A stretch of 64,000 nucleotides of DNA from Raillietiella orientalis (lineage: Eukaryota). Positions 37,484-49,100 of this stretch are shown one piece after another. Location of the stretch: NCBI GenBank assembly GCA_036172245.1, contig JAYWIR010000007.1:1302001-1366000 (forward strand), written 5' to 3'. The notes under the pieces were generated by a model. That model ran no database searches. It was not told where the DNA came from and saw only the letters and a program-made list of their open reading frames with translations. Position 1 is the first letter of the stretch, and each line of letters starts with the position of its first letter. Both the position numbers and the translations under genes were made by a program.

Positions 37484-39300
37484 CACCCGGTCATGCCGGG
37501 GCATTTATTTGTTAAAAATAAACATAGAGGTCAGTGGCAAGATGTGTGATCCTGCTACGTTACAGAATATACAAAAAGATCTTGCCGACAACCGGCGCGC
37601 AGGCCGGCGAGGTTCGCCACGGCAGCACAGGGAGACAAACACAAAGAAAAATAAAACAAAAGAAATACAAAAAATTGAGGGGGAGGAGGGAGTTTGGGAA
37701 GGGATTCCTGTGTGCTGGAGGACGTCCTCTGCATTTTTGCCAGGCAAATTCTTGTTTTACGATCCCAATATGGGGCCATCTTGACGCTATGCGCATGGAG
37801 AGGACAACAAAATAGATGGCGTCCCTGTTGTCCTGACCTCCTCTTGAGTTGCTCCATGCAGCCACGATCCCACCGCGTAGACAGCAAAGTGCTGCTAGAG
37901 ATGCGGACTGCCGGCGTGAGGGCGTCGCGAAGGAAGAGGCTCTTTAAAACGTTTTTGGGTTGCCCTCGGGGTTCCACAGGGACGGGCCACTCCGAGGTTA
38001 AGCGTTCTCACATGGGGCAGAGGGCAACACAGTCCACTAGGAGGTGCGGGAGGCACTCTCTCTCGCCGCAGCTGCTGCAGTTCGGGCTTACACTCCCTCG
38101 GGTTTAAGGGTGTCGGCGGGCGTTGCACGGGAGGCAACAGCAGGGTCGCCGACTCCTGTCACTTTAGGGGGAGGTTAGCACTGTTCCGACACTCTAGGTG
38201 CCACTGTATCTCCTCCGAAGGAATTTGTAATTACTCTCCCCAGCGTAACAGTCCTTCGGGTGGGACACTCGGGATCGCGGCGTACGCCAGCTCCCGAGTT
38301 GTCCACGCAGCCAGATGTTTTTCCGTGTTTCGTATCACGCAGGTCACCTCCCACCTCGCTGGATGTTGGCTGTCCGTTGCTCCCCTTAGGGAGGGCAGCA
38401 CTGGTGCGAGGGGGGTGAACGAAGCCCACAGAAGATTCCTGATGTTCCCCAGCATCGCCTTCAGCAGCTGGCGAGCATATCTGCTGGTGCGCAGACACAT
38501 ACATACATTCTGCCTCGCTCGTGCCGTTGATTTTTCCCCAAGCGAAAACTGACTCCTGCAGACAGGCCGTCCAGTTTGCGGGGAGAACGGAGATCCAGGG
38601 GTTCTTCTGCACAAAGGCAACCATCTTTCAGAGATGGGGGAGAACATGCCCCAGACTCCGCTCGGTGGCCACGACGACCGAGGTCAGTCCCTAGCAGCCG
38701 GTAGCTTGCTTGGCAAGCATGCGTGCTGGAGCGCACCAAGGTGTGTCCCATAGCTTGGACGCCAGTGCGATTATCGGAATTGGAGCTGACGCTCCATTTG
38801 CCCCAGCGTAAGGAGGTCCAATCCACCATCCTTACGTGGAGCGCTAAGGTCCTTTAACCGGACTCTGGACCTCTCTGTGCCTCCGAGGGCTTTTCTGAGG
38901 AGGCCCTTGGTCCTCTTTCGGATGGTCACAAGGGCGGGGAAAACAAAAAGCAGGGAGCGGAGGAGTGGAGCCACAAACGCGTTCCACACAGCAACCCATT
39001 CCTGCAGGCAAAACGTGCCATTTTGGAATGGGCCGAGCGCCATCTCCACTTTTTGGAGACGGCCGGACCAGGGTGCTGTTGCAGCGCAGATGCCCCCCAA
39101 CAGAACACCAAGGCACTTGATGTACCCGCCCGTGGAGATCCCCAGACGGACCCAGTCCGACCGTCCGGTTCACACTTCGCCGACCGGCATCAAGGACGAC
39201 TTCGCCCTGTCCACCTCAAGTTCCGTCCCGCGGCTAAACAACTCGAAGAAGTCTTCGAGCGCGGACGCTGGGGTGGACATAAGGAGCAGCAGCAGAAGAC
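37484..39300 (-). mobile_element. Family A fragment from just after YADD to the 3' end
   Basis: SALEDFFELFSRGTELEVDRAKS, WSGRLQKVEMALGPF, LSAPRKDGGLDLLTL, ASFTPLAPVLPSLR, CSSCGERECLPHLLVDCVAL. The 3' UTR carries both hairpins (37592-37607, 37486-37509). Confidence 0.85.
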
Positions 39301-41636
39301 CGTCAGTATGGAATGTGCTGGATGAGCCCCACTCACCACCAACTATTACGCGGAAGATTCTGTGGGCTTTGTCTACCACCCTTGCCACAGTATTCCAAGG
39401 TGTATTCCAGTGCTTGGAAGCGGAGTCGGAACTTCCACTCCAAGCGCCCCAGAAGGTGTCCTGGCTTTCTTGGAAGACGGCAACCAGAAGCCAACTTATG
39501 CCCGCGCACCCCAGTAGACCGGAACGCTACAAGGCACAGCATCACATTCGTCGGTCCCCGTGCTCGCGGCTGCCTCCCATCTTGCTTTCCACCACGAACT
39601 CTGCGATCCACCACACTCTGGAGTTCACAGGCAGAACGTAAGGTGCGCAGGGAAACGGAAGCTGGAAACGGCAGAGAGCAAGAGGCAGTCGCCGCAAGTC
39701 CCCTTGACTTCCAGACCGCACAGTAACTCTCCACTGGCGAGCGAGAGCGTGGAAACTGTTGAAGGGGCAATCTGCGAAAAAGCAGCAAAGCCTGGCACGC
39801 GGTGCCTCCTACAAACCGTGTCCGGACGAAATGCGTTCCGAATCTCCTGGTACACGTATGATCTTCTGAGCTTAGCTGCGAAGAGCGCTGGGACTCTGAT
39901 GAGTCTTTTGAGCCATGGAAAAAGGGTGCTCCTTTTCGGGGGCGGATCGGGATCACATTTTCATCGATCCTCTTCCCTCTTTCACTTTTTCCTAATCACT
40001 TTCGTACTTTCGCATGCATTGATTCTGCCTGACCAAACGGAGGTTGCACAGCTGTGTGAACAGGAAGGCTGCTCCTAGTTTTTAACGTCCCGCTTTGACG
40101 TAGAGGTCTGGATCGAACAGCCGTCAGCCTGCTGACCCAAGCCGGACGTAGACGAGCAGGGTTGCCTGCTCGTCTCCCTCTGCCCCGACTCGCATTATTG
40201 CACAAGAATTCCGCGCGCCACTGTTAAACCGGACCAACACTGGGCACACGAAATTCGAGCTTTCCCCCCTCCCCTTCCTCCTCTTCACCCGAGCAGCAAC
40301 TGCCAGCAGCAGCTGCAGAAAATCCTTCTGCCATCCACCTTCCCCCTTCATACCCTTTTCGACCCTCTCCGCGCCGAACTCAGCCACAAATGCGTTTTTT
40401 CACATCCGCGGTATTGCCAGTGGTTTCATGCACACCCACGTTTTAACGAAACAGAATATAAGCGATGTATTTTTTTTTTAAAAAAAAAAGAAAAACACAC
40501 ACACACACACTGCGTACACTCTCTGAATACGTGCCGGTTAGAAAACTTGGAAACGCGGGCTGTTGCTCCTGAAATGTGGATCCGTTTTCCAGAAAAACTC
40601 GGGTGTCGTTCGCACTTCCTGATTCGTTTCTTCAGAGGGAAACTGTCGCTTCTGCTATTCTGCAAGGAACAGACTTTTTCATACTCCATATGTTCCGATG
40701 CCATCACACGGCAGTCATGCATGCAGGCAACACAGATCCGTGATGAGATGTGCCTGACGTCCTTGCAGCCGTCTTCAGAAACACGTCACTTCCCGTCTAT
40801 CGGCAAAGACTGAAGAAACGAACGCTTGATGCGTGCAGGATTCCTCCTGCCTTCGAAAGTGTACCAAGAGTTGGTTGTACAACTACGTACTCTCTCAGAG
40901 CACGTAGGCCTCAGGGTTTGGTCTGCAGCCACCTATGTGCATCAAAAACCCGTTCGATGGCAGAAATGGCTATGGGCCGTCATCTTACCTTTGCACGTAA
41001 CTTCCTAGGGAATGAGATTTCATTGTGCAATTCAATCGGGTGTACTACAGCTAGTAATCGATGAAAATGTTTTCTTGGAAACGTTGCGCTTCCCGTGGGC
41101 TAACGGGGACTCGAATTTAATGTTCGTTTATATGCATTCACTACTGCCATATAATTAAAACACATATCAGTATTTCTGCTTCTTTATTTTGTATAGCATT
41201 AAATATGAACTCTTTTGATTTATTCACTCATATACACATTCATGTTCTAAAAGTAAAAAATATAAGGTACCTTGGTGAATCTTTCGAAAGTAACACGCGA
41301 TTTCTGCAGAGTACATGAAACAGAATACATGCACCAGGTAAAGGAAAGAATAATATCTCAACTAGCAAATTAAACGAATCACTACATGCAAATAAAGTGA
41401 ATTCAGGTCCAACAATCTTGGGATTTTGCGATCAAGCACTCTACCACTTAATTGACTGCAGAATAAAAGGAAAAAGCATTTTGTAAAAAGTTCTTGGAAA
41501 TATGAAAATCTTCCACTTTCACTTTTTTAAGTGCAGCACTCACAAGATATAATTTATTATAAATGCATATGAATTCTAACAAGATATATACAAAAAAATA
41601 AGAAACTACATTATGATAGTTCAGTTTGTGTCTGTT

Positions 41637-42607
41637 CTAGTTAACAGATGATATCGTCACATTAATTCCAAGATTTCCATTATCAGCAAACAGCTGTGCT
41701 ATGTGTGTATCAAATACTAGGCAATCACTATTTAATATGGCTGAAGCAACACCTTCATGTATGGATCGTGGAGTAGCTTCCCATGTTAGCCTCCGTCTAT
41801 GGCCATTCAGTTCAAGTCTAACTCCAAATTAACAACTGAAAATTGAAATTTACTGACCTATAGGCAAAGTTCTCTGCTTGTTTACGAGATCCAATAAGTT
41901 GGACAATAGCAAAAAATTGCTGCAAGCCATCAATTTTCTCTTGTTTTTCCAAAACTAACATGAAGTGGTGCCCAAAGCAACTCTGCATCATAACCCAGTC
42001 AACCGCCCCAGGAAGATTAATGTCTGTTGCTAAAAACACAATATCTTCTCCTAAAACAGACTGGCTGAAACCTATAAACAGTGAACACTGCTTACCTTGT
42101 AAGGTGGTAATAGATTTGTGCATGTGGAGTAGATGCATCATTACTTGTTCCAATGACCCTTGCCATTTACAGGAAGCTCCTGGACAAGGGCAAGAATATG
42201 GACGAAATTCACAAGTTTCTTCATGATCTGTCTTCTCTGTATGCAGTAAGGATGCCACACAGCCAGACCCAGAATATTTACATGGAAACATCACAGTACT
42301 AGCTACTTTTTCCATAGCCAAATTGCGAATGTTACCTATGAAAGTTTCATTTACAGGTACAGTAAAACAACCTTACACAGGTACCTAATGGCCCTCGGCA
42401 TGTAGGACAGCATGTTAACTTGGGACGACAGTTGGAACAAACCAAGTGTCCGCTCTGACACTGTAATATTGGAGGCAAAACATAATCAAAGCATACAGGA
42501 CATTCAAAAAGACTAGCAAGATCAGTTGGTGCAGTTTCCATATTTGGTGTAGAATGCAACAAAGGTTGAGATTTATTTGTAGGCAAAATTCCTCTTCCTC
42601 TGCTCAT
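41637..42607 (-). CDS. siah: E3 ubiquitin-protein ligase Siah/Sina. Exons 42607-42385, 42335-42096, 42050-41858, 41817-41637; 278 aa
   Basis: RING domain [54 protein letters not shown], zinc fingers [21 protein letters not shown], and substrate-binding domain [43 protein letters not shown]...[26 protein letters not shown]...[14 protein letters not shown], ending in TAG at 41639-41637. Three GT-AG introns with consistent phase. An in-frame TAA upstream of the ATG fixes the start. Confidence 0.96.
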
Positions 42608-42742
42608 TATTTATAAATCATCTAAAGAAATACAATGTAGATATAGCACAACAAATAAGTTAGTACACTTGTTAAGAAAACAGAACAAATTACAGATTGT
42701 CTTAAAGTTAGTACAGTGAAATTACTCAAAGGCACAACTTAC

Positions 42743-42847
42743 TTTTGCCAACTTGATCCATGCCATAGGCAACAGATAAGAAGGCATGAACGTGTTGAAG
42801 TTATAAAGTAATGGATATCAAAAATTTGGAAAATCCACTGCACCTGA
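42743..42847 (-). other. Putative non-coding 5' UTR exon of siah
   Basis: On the minus strand a pyrimidine tract plus TTGCAG acceptor ends at 42848 and a GTAAGT donor starts at 42742. A matching TTCTTTAG acceptor ends at 42622, just upstream of the ATG. Confidence 0.4.
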
Positions 42848-45800
42848 CTGCAACAAAACAAAGAAAAACGGCATGAGAATGTCGTTACTTGGAATCAGGT
42901 TTCAGCAAACATATATTCAACTATATACAAAATGCCTACTTTCTAATTCATCTCCATTCACTATCACGTATGCTGATATGAAGAATATTATTTTACAGGG
43001 TGCTGCAGAGAATGCAGAAGCTTTTGAAATACACAAAGCTTTTTCACGTGCCAATTTCATGATTTCTTTTTTTCTGGTAAGTAATTTAATTTACTAAATT
43101 TAAATACGCATCAGATCTTCGGGTAAATGACTTTTCACGAATTCATGCTTTTCTGTTGCACCCAATGTAAAAGATAAATACGTATACCCAGTGAACGCAT
43201 AATAAATAAGTACTCAATAAGTAAAGACGCCTGAATGTGATTTTCTCCATTTGGATGCAGAACAATCCCGGACAAGATTCAAAACTGGCTAGCAGTATAC
43301 ATACAAAATTCACAATTCACATGAAAAATCGATATTACTCTTACTAATCCCACTTACTGATCACATGAAGATTTCAAATACATGTTTACGACTACAAAAG
43401 CTCATCGTGGTCCTCATTTCTTGTTATCATAATTTGAAACGTATACACTGGTTACAATCCAGGAATTGAAGTAACCATAAAAAATATGAATGCAAAAATT
43501 TAAAGTTTGAAAGCAAAACTTGCACTTCACACATTTTACCACGGATTCTACAGTCAGCGTTATCACGGATAGTTTTTCCCCATCTTCAGGCTCGTCAGCG
43601 GCACAGGTAGGGAATCAGACCCATAAGTGGTTCGAAATCACCGAAGACACAAATGCTGGTGTGGTAGGCGAAAAAATAGATGCCTTTGCAAGGAGAAAAA
43701 AAAAAAAAAAAATTGTCCACCCGTGTTCTTCAAAAGGCAAACTGCCTTCAAAACACCCATACTCAGGAAAAACACACATGTTACCTAAGGTTCCCGATCA
43801 GTCTTCCTTTTTGTTTCTGCGGAATCCCCTAAGAAATTTCAACTTATTTTCTCCGATAAAAGAAAAGCAAAAGCATGCACCTTTATTGCACTTGTTATAT
43901 GAGGCAGGCCGCTAAGAAAAGGGCTTGCAAATGGGCACGGACTTCTGGTTCGAAGGTATAAGCAGGGTCAGATTTCTGGTTGCAAACTTGCACATTACCA
44001 CTCTTGTCTTTGTACAGTACTTTTAAAGAAAAAGATAAACAGCACAACAGACAGCCTTTGTTTTCCTAGAAAAAAAAATCATGCTGAATTCCACTTGACC
44101 ACTGGCAAAACTGCTTTCGGGTAGTGTTTGCTGGATGCCATCTCCAAACAAACTCTACGGTTTTGCCATTTTGAGTTTCCAATTCTATTTCAAAGTGGTG
44201 CTGCAGCATCCTTGCATTTAAACATCCAGGAGGAATGCTAGCATCTCATCTGCGCTATGCATAGGAAGAAATACCGTTTGGAAGCAGCATTTACGTGTTC
44301 CGGAATGAGAGATTGATTTAGGAAGTGATTCTGAGGAGATGCTCAATTTGGGTTGGGGATGACACATTTGATGGAAGGGTAGGTTGCGTAAAATACACGA
44401 TGATGAATGACTGGAAGTTCAAGATTCTGTTAAGTACATATTCAGCGGAGGATCATTAAATTTCGCTACAGATGTCGATTTGTAATTGACTTAGACGTGC
44501 ACGCGAAAAAAAAAAAAAAAAACAACGATCCGAGAGGAAGATCGGCGGTACAGAAAACGGAACGGAAACAAGATTCATTTCAAAATCTCTCTGAATAATC
44601 TGAAATGCATCTGGATTCTTGGACACCCAAGAATCCGAATATGAGGATATTCTGTTTCTCTTTCTACCTTATCGTGATCACAGGCATTTTTATCGAGAAG
44701 CTCTTTTGCTCTTCAGTCGTGCTGTTGGAACGTATCGATAGAGTGTGTACATCTCGTCGAAGTTGCATTTCACGAGATTTCGATCACCTCAAGAAACGAA
44801 AAATCGCTGTAGCCAAGCCAATTTGCAACCAAGCTCCTGCTTCTGTCTTGCCTCCATCACCGATGAGTTTTCGAGTTTATACGTTTATACGTTGGCATGT
44901 AATTCTGCTGCTGCCTACTTTTTTATTGCTGCTTAGCGATCATGTTAATGTCCAGTGACGACATGGACCTACATTTCTTAGGGATTGTTTGCGCAAATAC
45001 TTTATTTTGAGTTTAGCGGTGATTTATCAAATTTATCAGTCACATGCAATTTATACCGATTCGTGGAGAGTGATGTGTTGAAACTAATCTGGCTCTGTCG
45101 AATTTTCATGCAGGGGTTATGATGCTGAAGTGTGCTTTCAAGTACATTTCACAAGATCTGTGTTTGAATGAAAATTCAAATCGCAGGACAATACAAGCGT
45201 GCACAGTGTGATCATTAGTTACATATAATGCATGAAATTTTATTTAAAAAAAAATTCTTGTTTCCCTTTAGCGAACCACGAATCACACTACGAAGTTCTT
45301 CATTTGTCGGGTGAAATCTGAAATTTCACTATTAAATCGAGGCATCATTTCTGCTGATTTATCTCTGCAGACGTTTTCAGTAAAATGCTATGCATCCTTA
45401 GAGATCATAAAATACTTTGGCGTTAATCCTACTGCCAGTTATGTGGAGGGGCTTTCGTTTATTTTAACATTGGCATCATCTTATTGAAGCACTGCCACAT
45501 TAGAAAGAACACAGAGATTTTTCTTCCCATTTTTACGCATTCAAGCAATGTTTGCATCCTCTCTGTGACCCCAGTGCGCTCCCAAGACCCACGAAAAACA
45601 AAGGATTTCCTTTGTGCCAAGCTGAGGCATACATGGTGGCCATGAAAGATGAACGCTAATTAATAAAGAACTCTTTTATTTTACTATTTATAATTTTCTT
45701 TAAACACAAATAGATATCAAGGCTGTGTGGTCCCTAAATGAAGGAATGTCCTCTTTTCAGTGTCGATAATTCTCTCTCTGCTCCCATGGACTGAACTGAA

Positions 45801-46071
45801 TGTCCATGTTAATGTGATGTGAAAGTTCACTATGCACACATAGTCCCTAAGCAACATACGTAACACCTCTCGGATTGGATGAAGTGGACAGCACAATTTA
45901 CTCACTACTTACAAATTCATAGTTTGCGTGTCCTCTATTCTCAAACGTGTAGATTAGCGGGCAGCCGATTTCTGCGCCTTTTGTAGTTGACCGGCACCCC
46001 TGTTTTCATTACAGTTTCGTAGTCTTTCTGTAAAATCTGATGTTTTCGACACTGCACTTTCCTAACCATTA

Positions 46072-46074
<3 letters not shown>

Positions 46075-46148
<74 letters not shown>
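46075..46148. repeat. Compound microsatellite (AT)n(GT)n
   Basis: Perfect AT run at 46075-46106 followed directly by a GT run at 46107-46148. Confidence 0.97.
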
Positions 46149-46151
<3 letters not shown>

Positions 46152-49100
46152 GGATGGACTAACTTAATCTCTTCCCCCTTTATTGAATAGATGGAACCGC
46201 TGTCAGAAATCGTGGTTTTGGGGCCCAGACTCTGGTCCTGTGTTTAGTTGTTGAGGCACCAGCTAACGCTTGCTGGATTCAATCACATTCGTGACTCATC
46301 CATCCCCCAAATTTCTAAAAATAGCTGATATTTTAAAAAAATTTAAACATCCGCATCCAAACTGAAGTGGAAGCAGGGAAACAAAGGGACATGGAGGTAC
46401 GGGAACCACGGGGAGTTCGAATCGCTTTCCGGCCTTTTTCCTGCTTTCTTATCGCTTCGGAATCTGCAAGGCAGCGACGACGAAATCTTGCTGCGAAGAT
46501 GCAGAATCTTTTTTGCAAGTCTGAGCTCGCCCGCCCCATGCGGAAACGTTCGATTTTTTTCCTTCGCTGTTCCCCCCCCCCCCCTTCCTCGTTTTTTTTT
46601 TGAATTCGGTCACGAGTTCCATCGTTTGCTCGAGCGGTTTGCTATAGGGACCATTGAAGGCGCTGACCACGGAGCACCTCGCCGCTCGAAGCCGCACCTC
46701 AAGAGCTGTTTTTTTTTTTTTCATTTCGCTTAAGTTTGATTTATGCACTCAGTCGCCGGTCTCTGTGCTTCCTCATTCATTTTTTCGCTTTTTTTTTTTT
46801 CTTCCTCGGGCGTACTGACGGATGCGTTCCGGCAAGAAAGCGGCGAAAATCGCCGGGGGGGTAGGCGGCAGCCGCCGCTGTACCCAGGAGAGGAGCCGAT
46901 TGCCGCAGCATCCGTGTCGCGCACCTTTCCGCTCTTGCACGCCGCCAGGGAGCGCGCTGGAAAGGTCGCGAGAGAGGGCACGCGCGCGCTTCCCTGTGCC
47001 TCTCCCTTTCCGCGATAGGAACACGGGACTCCGCGTGCAATATGGCCGCCGGGAGAGCTGCCTCTGGGAGTAGCCAAACGAGTCGGAACACATTCGGATT
47101 CATCCTACGAACGATTCGTTTCCGCTTTTGCGTTAGTAATCCTCTGCGATCGAGGATAAGAAATAATATCTCCAGGAAAGTTGTAATGCAATTTATTTTT
47201 ACTTTTTTAAAAAAGCGTAACTCGGAAAAAACTGTTATCGTAAATGCAACCGGCAGATTCCATTTGTTTCGAAGGGGGGGAGGGGGGAAGATCATGATTG
47301 CTAAATTCTGATCATCAAGCAGGAAATCCTGAAGAATCCCTGAGGGGAGAACGACAGCGGCAAAGTTCTTGTAAAGCTAGAGAGAAGCAGCCTTGATAAT
47401 TAATGGCTCATTTCCGATATCCGCTTTGCCACCGATTTGAATGTGAGTCAGCGCTTTCCGACAAGCTCTGGTTGCCACATCAAATGAATGGAAGAGATTC
47501 AAAGACAAATTACCGAAAGCTTCGGAAAAAAATCGGAAAAGGAGACGGGTGCCAGCAAAAATGATGCAGATTAATAATATTTTTTTCTACTACCGTATTT
47601 TCGTGATTGTCGACCTTTTTCTCATTTTCAGTTTTTGCTGCCGGAGAAAGGAAAGAGCGAAATGGAAAGCTCTTGTCGGCTCCCATTTCTCTTGCAAACT
47701 GTTGTGAGCTCAACGGCGTGCACAGCAACGCGCTCGAGCTCGGATAACATCTCTCGGCCGGCCGACTGGAAGATGCTCTCCCAGACGAGCGACGCGCCAG
47801 CTGAAGGAAGCATCTCACCGGATCTTCGAGAACAATCTCGAATTGCAAACAAGGCATTAACGGAGAGCAGTATCCTGCTTCGTGGTCTGAGAATAGCACT
47901 CGGCACGAATGGGGACATAGGGCAGAATTCCAACCAGAGCGAACGCTGAAACCGGTGAGTTCAAGACGACGTAGCGCTGGCCACAGAGCACCATGCACGT
48001 GCAAGCCGTCCTGCAAGGTACCGGAGTTGGTACACCGAACCACCTTGAGACCACCGCGCTGGCGAGCGTCGAGCAACGACCGATCACGTCCAGAAACCTT
48101 GCAGCTATGCTCCCCAAAGGAGCAGTCGAAGAACAGCAGCCTCGTTCCCCTTGGTAAGCGGGGCATCTGAGGGAAGGCTCGCCCGCCGAGCCGAAACCAT
48201 CCAACTCGAGTGGTTCCTTCGTGAGGCGCTAATGGAGCTCAAAGAGTTTTGATCCTCGAGACGATCGAAAGACATGACCGCGCACTTTATGCTTTCCTGA
48301 AAAAAGGATCCGTGAAAATACCTCCAGACGGTCTTGTAAATAGTTTATTTTCTTGAAGTGCAGTTTGTCGGGCCGTAGAATCCCAAGTGGGCGCAGAGAA
48401 TTTTGAAAACATCCCCATCGAGATCACGTGCAACTCCGGTGTTCTGCCGGCTGCTCACAAGACCGCATATGGTTGGCACGAATACAGGCGGTCCACGTAA
48501 GGCTTTCCCTTTCTTTCACACAGGTTTTAGCGAGTCGCCGAGATTTCCAGATGAAATTTCGTGCTCGCCTCCCAGCTGAGCAGGAAAATCTCCCGCTGTA
48601 GTGCTTCAAGCGCAAGCGCGGTACCAGCATGGATGCAAGGAGAGTGGGTCGTTTCCATTTGGTCCCGCTGGGAAAAAGGAGGGAGCGGAGAATGTCAGGG
48701 AGACGAGTTTGAGCCTACAGTTGCGACTAGTGAATACCCTGCCAGTGATGAAAAAGTGCTGGAAAAGAATGACATCATCACACGAAGTGATCACGGGTTT
48801 TTTTGGTTTCTTTTAAACCAAAAAAAAAAAAAAAGAAGATATTCAGTGCCGACGCCAATGATGAGGAACCGTGGATGTTCTGCAGCACACACAACAACTC
48901 CACACACTCGGAAGTGCACAGGATCAGTTACGAAAGGAACACGAATGAGATACGCTTCTTCTCATCTATCACTGTCCCGTTTCTAAGTGGCGACCGCAAC
49001 GGTCCACGAAGCTCGCTCTTTCGCAGCTCGGAAAAAAAGGAGTACCGGAGTGAATTTTTGATTATGCTGACCCTGGGGAGAAGCGGAGGGGGGTCGAAGC

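Noticed and set aside
10976..42607. Functional Wnt-pathway cluster (SFRP + Siah)
   Set aside because: Both can dampen beta-catenin signalling, but they are 25 kb apart, convergent and compositionally different. There is no evidence of co-regulation without synteny data.
44605..44958. 117-aa hydrophobic + strand ORF
   Set aside because: No recognisable motif, lies in the presumed Siah 5' region on the opposite strand, and hydrophobicity is explained by T-richness.
46421..46440. ATCGCTTTCCGGCCTTTT resembling the U2 snRNA 5' end
   Set aside because: Similarity stops after ~18 nt, with no branch-pairing GTAGTA region or Sm site.
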